Shown here: piece after piece, positions 37,820-50,559 of the stretch | How the letters are laid out: each line of letters begins with the position of its first letter | Position numbering within the stretch: the stretch's first letter is position 1 | Source of the DNA: Marsupella aquatica | Taxonomy: Eukaryota > Plantae > Marchantiophyta | Assembly (NCBI GenBank): GCA_973895155.1 | Contig: OZ316894.1 | Coordinates: forward strand, 17,514,563-17,578,562 | DNA length: 64,000 nt | Direction of reading: 5' to 3' | The notes under the pieces: generated by a model | Database searches by the model: none | What the model was told of the DNA's origin: nothing | What the model saw: only the letters and a program-made list of their open reading frames with translations | Made by a program: the position numbers and the translations under genes

Positions 37820-38026
37820 AACTCCCCCTTGACTCCTGTCTTGGGGATTGGACTAAATGCTACCATATGGAATCCTCAACGGGAAGTTCTAGACAATCAC
37901 CAAACCAGGTCTCCCCCTAAAAACCACAAGGGTTAACTAAGGGTTAACTAGAACTAAGCCGTAGCCAAACTGGAATGAGTAATCCATATACAAATAGTCA
38001 CACATTGCTAAATAACTCTACTTGCA

Positions 38027-41000
38027 CTACAACTGCAAAACCTGCAAAGTAGCACGGTGTCTTGAGAAACTCTCCAAAAGAATCACTTTGGTAAAAGCAT
38101 TAGCGGGATTGAGCTTTCCATCAATCTTGACTAGCTCAAAAGTTTTATCAGACACTGCTTGCCTGATAAAATGGTACCTGATATCAATGTGCTTCACCCT
38201 GCTATCCATCACTTGGTTAGCAGCCAAGTGAAGAGCACTCTGACTATCACAATTTAGAGTCATTTTGCCATGCTCTAAACCCATCTCCACGATCAACTTA
38301 TCCAACCAAATTACTTCCTTTGCTGCTTCTACTGCTGCAACATACTCTACTTCTGTAGTAGACTGAGATATACACTTCTGCAAGGTAGATTTCCAACTGA
38401 TACGTCCTCCTCCAAGAGTAAATACAAACCCAGTGGTAGACCTCCTTGTATCCAGACAGCCTCCATAGTCAGAATCTACATAGTCAACTAACGTTCTATC
38501 TGATCTGTTATCAAATAGTAATCCATAGTCTTGTGTTCCCTTGAGATACCTGAGAATCCACTTCACAGCTTCCCAATCTACCTTCCCTGGATTTGACATG
38601 AATTTGCTAACCTTGCCCATCACTAGGGTCAAGTCAGGCCTAGTACAAATCATCAAATATATTAGACTGCCTACTCCCTTCTCATAAGGAATCTTAGCAA
38701 TCAAACCTTTCTCCACAGCATCCGTATAGTAGGAGAGAAAGCCGATGATAACTTGAAATATGAAGCTAAAGGAATACTCACTGGCTTACAGTTTTCCATG
38801 TTGAATCATGCAAGTACTTTCCTCGCATACTGGCCTTGACTCAAACACAACTGTCAAGTATTAGAGTTCCTAAAAATCTCCATCCCTAATTAAGATCCCC
38901 TTGGCCTTACCAAGATCCTTCATCCTGAATTCAACACTCAATTTTGCCTTGAGATTGTCAACCTCAGATTGATCTTTAGCCACAATCAGCATGTCATTCA
39001 CATAGATCACCAGAATGATGAAACCAAATACATCATTCTTGACTGATTTTGTATACACACAAGGATCATACACCATCCTTGTAAAACCTTGAGCAAACAT
39101 GAATCATTAAACCGCTTGTTCCACTATCTTGGAGACTGCTTCAATATATCCATACAAGGACTTGAGCAATCTGCAAACTAAGCTCTCTTGGCCCTTCTTC
39201 ATAAAGCCTAGCGGCTGTCTCATGAAGATAATCTCTTCCAAGTTGCCATAGAGAAAAGCAGTAACAACATCCATCTGATCCATCACCAGATTAAAAAACA
39301 CAACAAGCTGACACAAGATCCGAATTGTGGAATACTTAGCCACCAATGAAAAGACCTCATTGTAGTCCACTCCTTTCTCCTGAGTGAACCCCTTGGCAAC
39401 AAGCCTTGCCTTGTAGATCTTATCTCCACCCTTTGAAGGATTGTTCTTCAACTTGTAAATCCACTTGCTGTCCACCACTTGTTGACCTCTTGGAAGCTCC
39501 ACCAGCTCCCATGTCTTGTTATCACTCAAAGATTGCAACTCCCTCTGCATTGCTGCATTCCACTCATGCTTCTACTCTGAAGCACAAGCCTCACTGTACA
39601 AAGAAGGCTCTCCTTCTTCCAAGATCAAAGCCATATCATCATCATCAGGTGCAATGTCAATATCATCTAGTTTAGATGAGTCTGCCCATTGACCATACCT
39701 GGTAGGAGCTCTAGTAGAACGACTGGAAGTTCTTTTAGTAGATGACTCAGGATGATCTGCTGCTGCTGCTGGTTCAATTTGAGGTACCCCAGCAACAATT
39801 TGCTCCTCTTGTTCCATCACAGAAACCAGCTCCAAGCCCGAAGCTTCTCCATCTCTCTTGTCATGAATAGCATCATGACTAATCTCCCCCTTAACCCGGT
39901 CTGGGATGAGAGATTTCTCCTTGTCAGTATGGGAGTCCTGAGAACTCTCCCCCTCCTTTGATGATCTGGATTCATTAAAGGACACATCTCTACTAACAAT
40001 TAGCTTACAGGTTACTGGATCCCATAACCTATAGCCCTTCACACCTTTCTGATAGCCAAGGAAAATGCACTTCTTTGACTTGGACTTCAGCTTGGATCAA
40101 AGCTGAGAAGGTGTAAGCACATAAGCATCGCATCCAAAAATCCTTAGATGTGAGTAATCTGCTGGACGCCCTTACCTCATTTCAAATGGCGTCTTGAATC
40201 CAATAGAATTGGATGGAGAAAAATTTACCAAATAAGCTGCAGTGTTGACAGCTTCAGCCCAAAACTCATGTGGTAAGCATGATTGACTCAACATACTCCT
40301 CGAGCGGTCCAATAGTGTTTGGTTGAGTCTCATAGAAACACCATTATGTTGAGGAGTATAACTTGTTGTGAGATGGTGGGTAATCCCCTGCTCCTTATAG
40401 ATACGTTCCAAATTCCCCGGAACTGTATTCATCGCCGTTACCAGTCTGATTCTCTACTTTTGCTTTCCACTCCTTAAAAGTGGCAAAAACATCAGACTTA
40501 TTGTGTAGAAGTATATCCACACATACCTTGAGTAATCATCTATGAACGTGACATAGTATAACCGTCCAGAATGTGAGGGAGTAGGGGCTGGACCCCACAC
40601 ATCACTATGTACATACTCAAGTACCTTCTTGCTGGTGTGAGTTTCATGGGGAGTTCCAACTCCGAAGGGTTTCCCATGCTGCTTCCCAAGCACACAGTGC
40701 TCACAAAATTCCAACTTACAAGATTGTAAATTAGAAAATAATCCTTTCTTCTGAAGAATAACCAATTAAACCTTTTTCACTCATGTGACCCAAACAGAAG
40801 TGCCACAGCCGGGCCGTCTCCTCATGAGACAAGGTTACATTGGCTTCATCACAAACTACACTGCCCTCCAAAACGTATAGATTGCTATGTCTCTTTCCCT
40901 TCAATACAACTTTAGTACCAGTTGAAACCTAAAGGACAACATTAGTAGAACTCCATTGATGGCCATTTGCTTCTAAAACTCAAGTGAAATGAGATTTTTC

Positions 41001-41246
41001 ATCATGCTGGGAATATTGTCTCACATTCCTCAATGTTCTTACGGCACCATCAAACATCTGAAATCTAACAAATCCAAGTCCAACAACTTGACATGGGATT
41101 CAATTTCCCATCAACACTGACCCGTTGGAAACTGTTTAAGAACTGAAAAAATCTCTCCTAGAGCAAATGTGAAAAGTACATGCACTATCTAGAATCCAGT
41201 CATCACTACCTGGATTTGACACTACGTTGAGAGCATAACCTTGACA
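38027..41246 (-). pseudogene. pol: Copia pol (protease, integrase, RT, RNase H), broken by stops and frameshifts
   Basis: Domains are split over ORFs 40454-40765, 40172-40432, 39572-40042, 39107-39550, 38870-39100 and 38027-38716. The RT YVDD motif reads YVND. Confidence 0.9.
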
Positions 41247-42107
41247 TCACAATATGTCATCATCATCGAGTAAATCTACCTCATGCGAGCTCGATGCCGC
41301 GTTAGCAGATGCAGTAGGGACCTTTACTCGACAATCCCTTTTCATGTGACCAGGCTTGCCACAATTCCAACATGCAAGAGGCTTCCTCTCTTGCGATTTC
41401 CCTCTGGATTTAGATCTCCCCCGTGATGTAGATCTAAATCTGTTTAGCCCATTTGTGCGCTGCGCTGCTCTTCCCCCATTCACGTTCAGCGCAGTGCCAG
41501 AAGAAGATGCTGTCTGTGATTGATCCAGCTTCTTCTGAGCATCATCAGACAGTAAAGAGCTCATCACCTTATTATACGAAATGGACTTCAGATCTCTATA
41601 CAAGAGCACCTGTTTCAAGCCCTGATATGATGGCGGTAAGGAGCTTAGTAGAAGCAAGGCCTTATCCTCATCTTCAACTCCTTTTCCCAGGTTTGACAGA
41701 TCCACCGCTAGACTGTCAAACTCATCCAGGTGATCCTGCATCTTGCTCCCTTCTTTGAGCCTGAGGCTCATCAAGAGAGATTTCTTGTACAGCCGGTCTA
41801 ACGCATCTTCCCGGTAGTACTTCTCTCTTAGAGCCTTGAACAATGACACACAATTCGCATAATCATCCAGCTGTTTGATGATGTGCGGCTTGAGATATAG
41901 CATCACTGCATTGACAGCAATCACCTGCTCCTGTCTCCACTGCTTCTCTGAGATCTCCTCCTCTCCATCATACTGCTCTCGCAAAGAAAGCAGATGAGCT
42001 AAGCCCATGGCCCGTAGAACACCCTTCACTTGCTTCTCCCAGAGCAAGTAATCAGTACGACCATAGTACTTCTCCACTTCAAACTTCACTCCTCCAAATC
42101 TAGCCAT
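41247..42107 (-). CDS. gag: Copia Gag (UBN2-like region and CCHC zinc knuckle), open frame
   Basis: MARFGGVKFEVEK..., EDKALLLLSSLPPSY, CWNCGKPGHMKRDC. Confidence 0.88.
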   Translation of the reverse strand: MARFGGVKFEVEKYYGRTDYLLWEKQVKGVLRAMGLAHLLSLREQYDGEEEISEKQWRQEQVIAVNAVMLYLKPHIIKQLDDYANCVSLFKALREKYYREDALDRLYKKSLLMSLRLKEGSKMQDHLDEFDSLAVDLSNLGKGVEDEDKALLLLSSLPPSYQGLKQVLLYRDLKSISYNKVMSSLLSDDAQKKLDQSQTASSSGTALNVNGGRAAQRTNGLNRFRSTSRGRSKSRGKSQERKPLACWNCGKPGHMKRDCRVKVPTASANAASSSHEVDLLDDDDIL

Positions 42108-44144
42108 CTCCCTCTTCTTCCCTACCACCGACAGCTCTGGTAGTAGTACAGAGTCGCGGAACTCGACTACCTTAACACTTAGCTTCGGCGCCGCTGACTC
42201 CGACGCCGAGCTCCCTTATGGTCCAGGCTCGGATAGGCCATCCGGGGAGGACTTAGCATGGGGAGACTTGTGGGCAATGAGACGTGGCACTGGCGAGGCA
42301 AGGGGCCAAGCTGGGGACACAAACTAAGGACTTGGACTAGCCTATGGCTGGTCGGGTCAAGGGGAAATGGGCCGGGCTCAAGGATGGCCGTCTGGACCGT
42401 CGGATGGACTTTGAGTTCTGAGGGCTTTGGAGTGAGCTCCTCTTGGGCCCAAGGCCAATGGAGTTGACGCCATTGGCAACGGACGCTTGGGGTGCAAGTT
42501 GTGGCCTGATCCGGGTTGGGCCAGTCGGAGGCCCCGAGCGGCGATCAGACCTAAGGGCCTAGGCATGAGCACTGGGTCGGCCCAGTCACAACGGGCTAAG
42601 ACACTTCGCTTGCGGATGCCTATCAAGAAAGTTATGGGCATTGCCAGTTGGTGGCGCGCCCATTATGCGCGATGGGATCCGGGTTGGGGGCCAAATGTTT
42701 AGGGACCAAAGCTAGTCCGGGGGTGGCAGGTCTCCAGAAGCATATATGAGGGGAGTGGTGTCTCCCTGGGGGCTAAGGCCGAGCCGAAGTCGTGAGCCGC
42801 GGCGATCGCGACACTAAGGGAAATCGCCAAACGGAAATGATGATATCTTCCCAACGGGAAGTCCGTTGGAGGACTTCTTGGGTGCGTTGGAAAGCTCTTG
42901 AGGAGGGCTATGCCCTCTTGAGCTTAGATGGGTCCGGGGGTGCCATGGGTTCTCGTGGTTTGCGGATGTTAGCTCGCCCGCTTGCCAAATCCTGCCGAAC
43001 AGCAGCCAAGCCGCGTTCAGCCTCCCAAGGGAGCTTGCGTTGGGGAGGCAAGGCCAAGTAGGTATGGAGGCTGAGTCCCAAGGGCGCTCAGTCCCTAGAC
43101 CATTAGTGGGGCAAACCGAGTGCGGTTGTTAGAGTCGGGGCCGTTCTGGTCCCGGCGTGTGGAGACAAGCTTGGGACAAGTTTTAGGACAAGCTACGCTA
43201 TTTGGGCCATGAGCATGTCCTGAGGTCAGGGCGGTCAGTTGGTGATGGATAGGTACAAGGGGGAACCCGGGCCGCGCCCAAGGAAGGAGCTGTCCTGGAC
43301 GGACAGTGGGCGTGGGTTCTGGTTCCGGCTTATGGCATCGGGAGGACCTATCGTTGACCTATTTACCAACGTCTATTGAGCTTGAGTTAGGATGCTAGAC
43401 TGGGCGAGTTCTAGATCCGGAGGGGTTATGTACCGAGGTGCTTGGTTGTTTGTGCAGATAGTGAGGACCGTTGAGTAGCGGTCGAGTAGGTGAGCAAGTG
43501 CAAATTTGTATGGGCGTGGCCGCAGGTGGTGCTAGAGGCACTTGGATGCTTGCTCAAGGTATTCTGTGGAGGCATTCGGGCACCAAGGGCACTTAGGCGC
43601 AAGTGCTGGGATTGGTGAGGGCGCTGGGTGGCGAGGTCCACCACTTACAGCTTCCGCCATTGCACGCCGCACCGGTGATCATACCGGTGTTACTAGTTCT
43701 TCCTCAAACGGTAGCAGCTCCTCCTCAGACACTTTGTTTGACCGTCGCGATCCTGAAGCTCCATCGACGCCAATTCTTCCAATATCCTCCGAGTCACTCA
43801 TATGAAACAATCACGAAAAAACATCTTTTTTTGAAACTTCTCATAAAACTCAAAACTCAACACCGCCGCGTAGCCCACAAAGCTAGGAGTCCAATACTGA
43901 AAGCCGAAATCAAAATCAAAATTTGACGGAAAAGTTATTCAAATTTTTGTTGGGTGGGTAAAACCTTGGGAAACTCCCCCGTTTTGACCACCTCGGAGAA
44001 TAACCAAAATACCCAGTACAACCCGTCGTCGGAATCGCGATGTGATCGGTGCACCGCATTGCTAACTCCAGTGGCAACGTCCTCGCCAAAAAAGAACCAA
44101 AAAAGTTACCGTTCGGCGGACGGAATCTTTGTCGGACGGCCAAA

Positions 44145-44176
44145 TTTAGGGTTTAGGGTTTAGGGTTTAGGGTTTA
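44145..44176 (+). repeat. Interstitial telomeric repeat (TTTAGGG)x4
   Basis: Four perfect Arabidopsis-type repeats followed by ttta. Confidence 0.9.
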
Positions 44177-47100
44177 TTCCCGCACAGTCCGATAGGTCTC
44201 ACAGGGGGCCGTTCCCCCTGTTGGAGCGGTTAAAATGGAGGGCGGCAGGTCCCTGCACGAAGGGAAAACAAGAGGAAGAAAAAATGGCTTAAAATAGGCC
44301 CTTAAAGGGGGTGCTAAGCTCCTTAAAACCAAAAATACAGGTATAAGACAAAAGGCGCATCCGCGTATAGGCGACACGAGGCGGGCCAGGGGGCGTACAG
44401 GGTATTGAGGCGGGGGCCAGGAGTAAAAAATACAGCCGCCAGGGCAGGCAGCCGGTGCCGCGAAGTAGCGAGCACCTGCAAGGGCGCGTGGGGCCAGGTA
44501 GGAGTCGCAACAGCCGGCCGGCAGTCGCGAGGGCGTTGAGAAGGGTCGGCAGCCAAAGGGCGACCGGAGGGGGAGTAAGGGGGGCACGGGGTATACACGG
44601 GGGCGCGTAAGGACCAGCTTCCGGGTGGCTGCTATTGCGCCGGCCGGCGCTGCGCAGGGCCGAGGCGTGAGTAAAATACGGGGTGCGAGGGGGGGGAACA
44701 ATCGGGGTCACGAGGGGGGCCGGGAACGAGGTGTGTGTATACACCTTGTGTGTGTATACACAAGGTGTATACACAAAAGGGGCCCCAAATAACCCCTTTA
44801 AAATGCCAAAACACTCCCCCGGGAAAAAAATGAAGAAAAGACTCACCTAATTGCCGCCAATTTAAGTGCGGATATGTGCGGATCCCCATTTTCAAGTCCT
44901 TTGGTCAGAGTCCTCCTCAAGGGCTGTCGATAACATTGTCAACAATTGGAATGCCACTGCAGTCATTCAATTTTTTTCCCTCAATGGGCTCGAAAGCTTG
45001 TCGTGGAAATCCTGGATCAGCTTTTAAGTTCTTTGCCACTAAAGATGGTCTAATGGACAATAATGCCAAGGTTATCCTATATACAAATATTCCATGTATT
45101 TTATATATAGTTCCTTTATTAAGTTTGTTGAACTGTCATCCTTCCAAATTATAAATTCAAATATCTTTAGTGGCAATGTGCTTTAGTTCCTTTATTATGT
45201 ATTTAACAATTATCCTTCCTAATTATAAATTCAAATATCTTTAGTGACAATGTGCTGAATCTTGTCATCCTTTTGAATTATAAATTCAAATATCTTTAGT
45301 GACAATGTGTTGAATCCTGGATTTCCAGGTTTCTCATGTGCTCAATTGTGTTTTTCCTAGCAAATTCTTGTCCAAGTTTCTCATGAGCTCAATTTTGCTC
45401 TTCCTAGCCATTTATAGAAGCGGAACTTTGGTTTCTGAATTGTCTTTTGAGATACTCGCATTCTCTCCTAGTACAAAACACAACTTCCTCCTCCTGACAA
45501 TGTAGTGTATTACATCTTGTTTACTTAAAAAACAATGTACACACTGATACATCAGTTTTTCACACAGAAATGCTTGGAATATTTCACCAAGTTACACAAA
45601 CACTACCTAAAGTTTTGTCCCTTGAAGTTTTCCGGAATACTTGCAGGACCCTGATTATTGTACAGACTGATACATCGGTATTTCACATAAAATGCTTGGA
45701 ACATTTACTGAGATATGCATTGTAAGTGGTTAACAAGTTTCACAAATACTCCCTACCGCTTTCTCATTTTACCACATTTTGCCCTGCTTAACTGAAATTT
45801 CCATAATAATTTTATATGATGCAGGAACCTGATCATCCCTAGTGTAGTCACCAACTACAATTGCTTCCACCCCAGCAGCAATCTTGAAGCATGTTTCTTG
45901 GAGCCTTATTTGTTAAAGTAATCAATGCTTCGCCTACATAAAGAAAACAGGAGAATATATTCTAGCCTCAAGTGCCTTATTCTCAAAGTAATGAATGTTT
46001 GTTTTGTATTTGTCAAAGAAGTTAATGCCTCCCAGAGGTCCTGCTCAAACCGGGATGACCCTACGGTTCTATATCATACAAGACTACAAGTCCACCAGCT
46101 ATTCTGGAGTTGTTGAGATGTTTAGCTTGAAGCAATTAAATTTTCTGCCCAAGGTTGAAGAGGTCAGCCAACAAGGTGACGAGTAATCTTCGTAGCCAGA
46201 GTGGCATCGGGAGTGGCATGACAATGGATATTATCGGTTGCTAAACGTGGTTAGCTGCAGTCCAGGCAGTGAGACATGGTTTACAAAAAGCCAAAGACAC
46301 TTAAGAGTTTCTCATGTACACAATTTGACGCAATTACATTTGTCTTGTAGTCTTTGTCGTTAAAGTAAATTCAGTTATCATCTAGGCCTTCTGTAAGACC
46401 AGCCGTCCTACAAATTCTAATTTTGGTTTCTCCCTCGGTCCTTATAAGCGCTAATTTGGTCCCTGCCTGATTGCACTCAAGAGACTTCAACCCACTCAGA
46501 GCCTATACCAAGCTAGAGAATGAGTTGCTCCAACTTAAGCAAAATTCCCCAAAGGATAGTTAAAAGTTTTTTAGGTCTATTATTGTATCTACATAATTTA
46601 AAAGAAAAAATTATGATGGCGTAAGAAGAAAGTAAAGTAACTTGTCATGTAGTGTTTCCAACTACAGTAGGAAAGATGCTAATGTAAAGAGCAATTCTTA
46701 ATTAATCATTCTTTTGGAGTTGAGATGAATTTTGTATTAACCACCTTAAAGCAAGAATAAATCACTTTTGGGGGACTTGGTATCTATGCCCTCTCTGCCC
46801 ACTGTCTTACAAAGTGTTGACCCCACTTTTGTTCCCATGTGTCATTTTATAATAGGCAACTGTTTATAATAGGCCCGTTTCAAAATAATTGGTGGGCCTC
46901 TCAGATTGATCTCATAATGACTTTAGTTAGCAATATGTATGTGACTCAAAACCATAAACTTGGGAACTCTGAGGAGCAGTTAAAAACCATTTTTTTCCTT
47001 CCGCTTCCTAGGTTTTGTGGAACCTTGCATGTGCCTCTTTTCAGAGTTTGTCCTTTTTAGGACCTCGTTTGCTTCCCTTGATAGTACTTTAGTTGTTCCA

Positions 47101-47811
47101 GTTTTTGGTTAAACCACACCTGCCCCTATAAAGGGCTACGGGTAACCCGTAGCTCTCATTCTAAGGAGTAGAAGTTCAGAAATGGGCTTTGAGCTCCACA
47201 AAAGATGCTGACTGCAAAATCTTTTTTTGGCAAGTACTAACTCCACAAAACATGCTAGTGTTCCACCTTTTATAGTGAGTAGTGAGACATGGAATGAAGC
47301 TTTTATAGTGGCAGAAAAGGGGTTGGCATTATCTTTGTAGCTTGTTCTCACACTACTTGGACTTTTCACCCTCTTGGGAAGAGATGGCTTGGGGTTTAGG
47401 TATCCTTGAATTGTGACCTATGAAATCTCAATTTAGTACAACTTGAATCTAAGGATCATACATATATTATATTCTAACAGAGGATGGGAAATATTTAAAA
47501 ACAAATATAAATTTAGAGGGGGTCACAAACGGGGTCACAAATTAAAAACTTTTTTTCAAAGGCAAATTGAAACAAATACATAATAAAAATTCTCAATAAT
47601 GCAAAGTAATGTGATTAGGTTCCCGGACAAGGTAACACTATTATGAACAAGTTCATCCTGAACTTTCTTGATTGTTTTGCCCTGTAGCAAATTGAAAGGA
47701 AAAATATTCTGCCGGTCCACCTCTGCCCATCTTTACCATGTGAAAGTAATAATGAACCCTATGAAACTCAGTATTATGTGACTACTAGCCCAATGCCCGT
47801 GCATTGCACAA

Positions 47812-48600
47812 AATATGTCAAGGTGAGAAAAGATATCGAGGTGAGAAAAAGATGCTGAGATGAGAAAAAGATGTCGCGGTGAGAAAAAATATGTTGAGGA
47901 GAGATAATGATATCAAAGTGAGAAAAAGGTGCAAGGAGAAAAAGATTTTGAGGTGAGAAAAAGATATCAAGGTGAGAAAAAGATGTCGATAAGAGAAAAA
48001 ACTTGTCGAGGTGAAAAAAAGAGGTCCAGGAGAGAAAAAGATTTGGAGGTGAGAAAAAGATGTCAAGCCAAGACAAAGATGTTGAGGAGAGAAAAAGATT
48101 TTGAGGTGAGTAAAAGATATTGAGGAAGAAAAAGATGTCAAGGCAAGACAAATATATTGATTGAGGTGAGAAAAGACAGGGAAAAAGATGTTCAGAAGAG
48201 AAAAAATGTTGAGGCCAAAAAGAGATGTCAAAGGAGGGCAAAGATATTGAATTAAAAAAAGATGTTGAGGCAAGAAAAAATATTGAGGCAAACAAAGATG
48301 TTAAGGCAAGAAAAGATGTCAAGATGCAAAAAGATGTTGAGGCAAGGCAAAAGTCAAGGTGAAGCAAGAAAATATGGGCTTTGCAAGGTATACATTGAGG
48401 CATGTGATCATGTGTCATTGCAGCCATGTCAAAGCAAGGCAAAATTGTTGAGGTGAGGCAAAGATGTTAAGGCAAGACAAAACTGTTAAGGCAAGTTTAG
48501 ACTGATGTTGAAGTGAGGCAAAAATGTTGAGGCATGCAAGACAAAAAAATGTCATCCGCCAAAGAAATGTAGACAATGCAAAGAAATGCAAGTAGGGCAA
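47812..48600. repeat. Degenerate purine-rich minisatellite (unit of about 18-20 bp, aaaagatgttgaggtgag)
   Basis: Dozens of variants of aaagatgtYgagg(t/c)(g/a)aga; absent from copy A. Confidence 0.85.
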
Positions 48601-50559
48601 GAAAGTTGTTTAAACATCTCAAATGTTATTGCGACCATGTTGTCATTGTTGTGATAGCTATGTTGTTGAGGAGAGCAAGAGAGGTGATGCCCCCCTGGGG
48701 CTTTGCAGGGTCAAGGTGTGGTTTGCACAATGGTATTGGGAGGGGAGCATTTTAATTTTTCTCTTCATCCCCTTTTCACTATTTCTTTGCTCCCTCGACA
48801 CTCCATTCCTCCCCTCTTTCTTACCTTAATTTGGCACCATCAAATAAACCAAAAAAATGCAAAATTAAATAAAGAGAAGAAAAAGGGAATTAAAAGCAAA
48901 ATTAATCCATTTTGCTTCTTTTTAAAGTTTCATAATTATACTCTTTGAAAAAATCCCAAAAGTTTGTCAGCCCCAAAAGTTTTTCCTATGTGTGTACTTT
49001 AATAAAAGAAAAAGCAACATTTAAAATGATTTCACATAAAATAGAATCATCACATTTTGGATGATGTTACATAGGACTAATGTTAAATGATGTCAAGTTT
49101 CTCCTTCCTATGTGTACTATAATAAAAGAAAAAGCAAAATTTAAAATGATGTCACATGAAATCACTTGAACCATCACATTTTGGATGATGTCACATAAGG
49201 TCGAAGCGTCACATTTTGGATGATGTCACATAAGACTAATGTCATGTACTGTGTATTCTACTATAATGCCAAGTATATCACTTGACAGTCCTGGTTAATC
49301 ACTCCAAGAGTACACAAAAAATTTAAAACAAATTTGACGGCTGAGGTTGATTCACTCCATTTTCAATTGTGTATGCAGACGAAAATAACTTTTTGGTTGC
49401 ATTGCATATTATAGAAGTGGACATGGCTAGTACACATGGCTAGTCCACTTCTATATGCAATGCAACCAAATATAATATGCAATGCAACTCCCCTTTTTAT
49501 AAGGCAAACTTTTAATTCCTTATAATGACTTAATTTATGCCAAATTGACCATGTGAAGTTTAATTCATTTTAGTCTACTAAACTCATGTACCAGCCTCTC
49601 AATTCAAAGAATCCAAATATGTACCTTACATAATTAAAACTAAAACTAAATTGTTTTGACTTGCCAGAACTTGTTAAAAACCAAATTATATGGGTTTTTT
49701 TTAATACAGGGTCTGCAGCCAAACTAGCCAGCTTTGTAGGATTTAAAAAATATTTTTAGTGAAAATTAATTACAGCAAGTTGAGAATTGTTTTGTAAACT
49801 TGTGTGGAAAACGAAGAAAAACCAAACTTGATGTATGACTCATAAAAATTTTAAAGTGAAAAAACTCAACTTTTTCCAATTTTTAATATTTATTATAGCC
49901 AACGTTTTAGTCCATATGAAAATATAGACTCTTGCCTATTATACAAGAGTTGCTTAAACAAGAGGTCATTCCATCATTCCACAAAGAGGCTGTTGGATTT
50001 AGGTTTTCATGGGTAAAACAATTATTACATAATGATGTCATTGCTCAAAAATTGTACTTTAATAAAGGTAAATTTTTGGAGAAAAGGTCACAATGTACAA
50101 AGTGAAGAGAAATATATGTACTGAATATTGAAAAGTGAAGAGAATATTACACATGGCTCTTCTTGGGGGTTTTCGTGGTGCCTTTTCTGTTATCTAGTCT
50201 CTTGCCTATGTGTTTCCCACTGTTTGTCCTGGTGGCTTTCCCTTTATTGGGTCTCTTGCGCGTGGGATTGTGCCTCCAGGATATATTGCCCTCCTTTTGT
50301 GTGGGTTCAGGTTGCCCCTCCTCTTGTGTGGGCTGGCTCTTTTTGTGTGGGTTCAAGATAACCCTGCTTTTGTGGGAATTCAAGATGACCCTGCTTTTGT
50401 GTGGATTCGTCCCTCTACTGTAGGATGGCTCTGCTTTTTCTTTTGGCTGTCTGATATGTATATATAGTCAGTCAGTTAGACACCTCACATTGGAGTTTGT
50501 CACATTGGAGGGTGAACACACTGCCTATTATTGCAGGTTTCTAGGGGACCTCCGCATAG

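Larger units (their letters stand above)
37472..43900 (-). mobile_element. Decayed Ty1/copia LTR retrotransposon; 5' LTR not found, so that boundary is uncertain
   Basis: Domain order gag - protease (WILDSACTFHIC) - integrase (HSDVWGP, FIDDYSR) - RT (YKARLVAKGF, QMDVVTAFLYG, YVNDML) - RNase H (YVDSDY, CDSQSA, KHIDIRYHF); PPT and 3' LTR present. Confidence 0.93.

Noticed and set aside
44174-44895. Overlapping 175-185 aa Pro/Arg-rich ORFs
   Set aside because: High GC suppresses stop codons in several frames at once; no recognisable domain.
47774-48442. 222-aa and 157-aa Phe/Leu/Ser-rich ORFs
   Set aside because: Artefacts of translating a purine-rich minisatellite on its pyrimidine strand.
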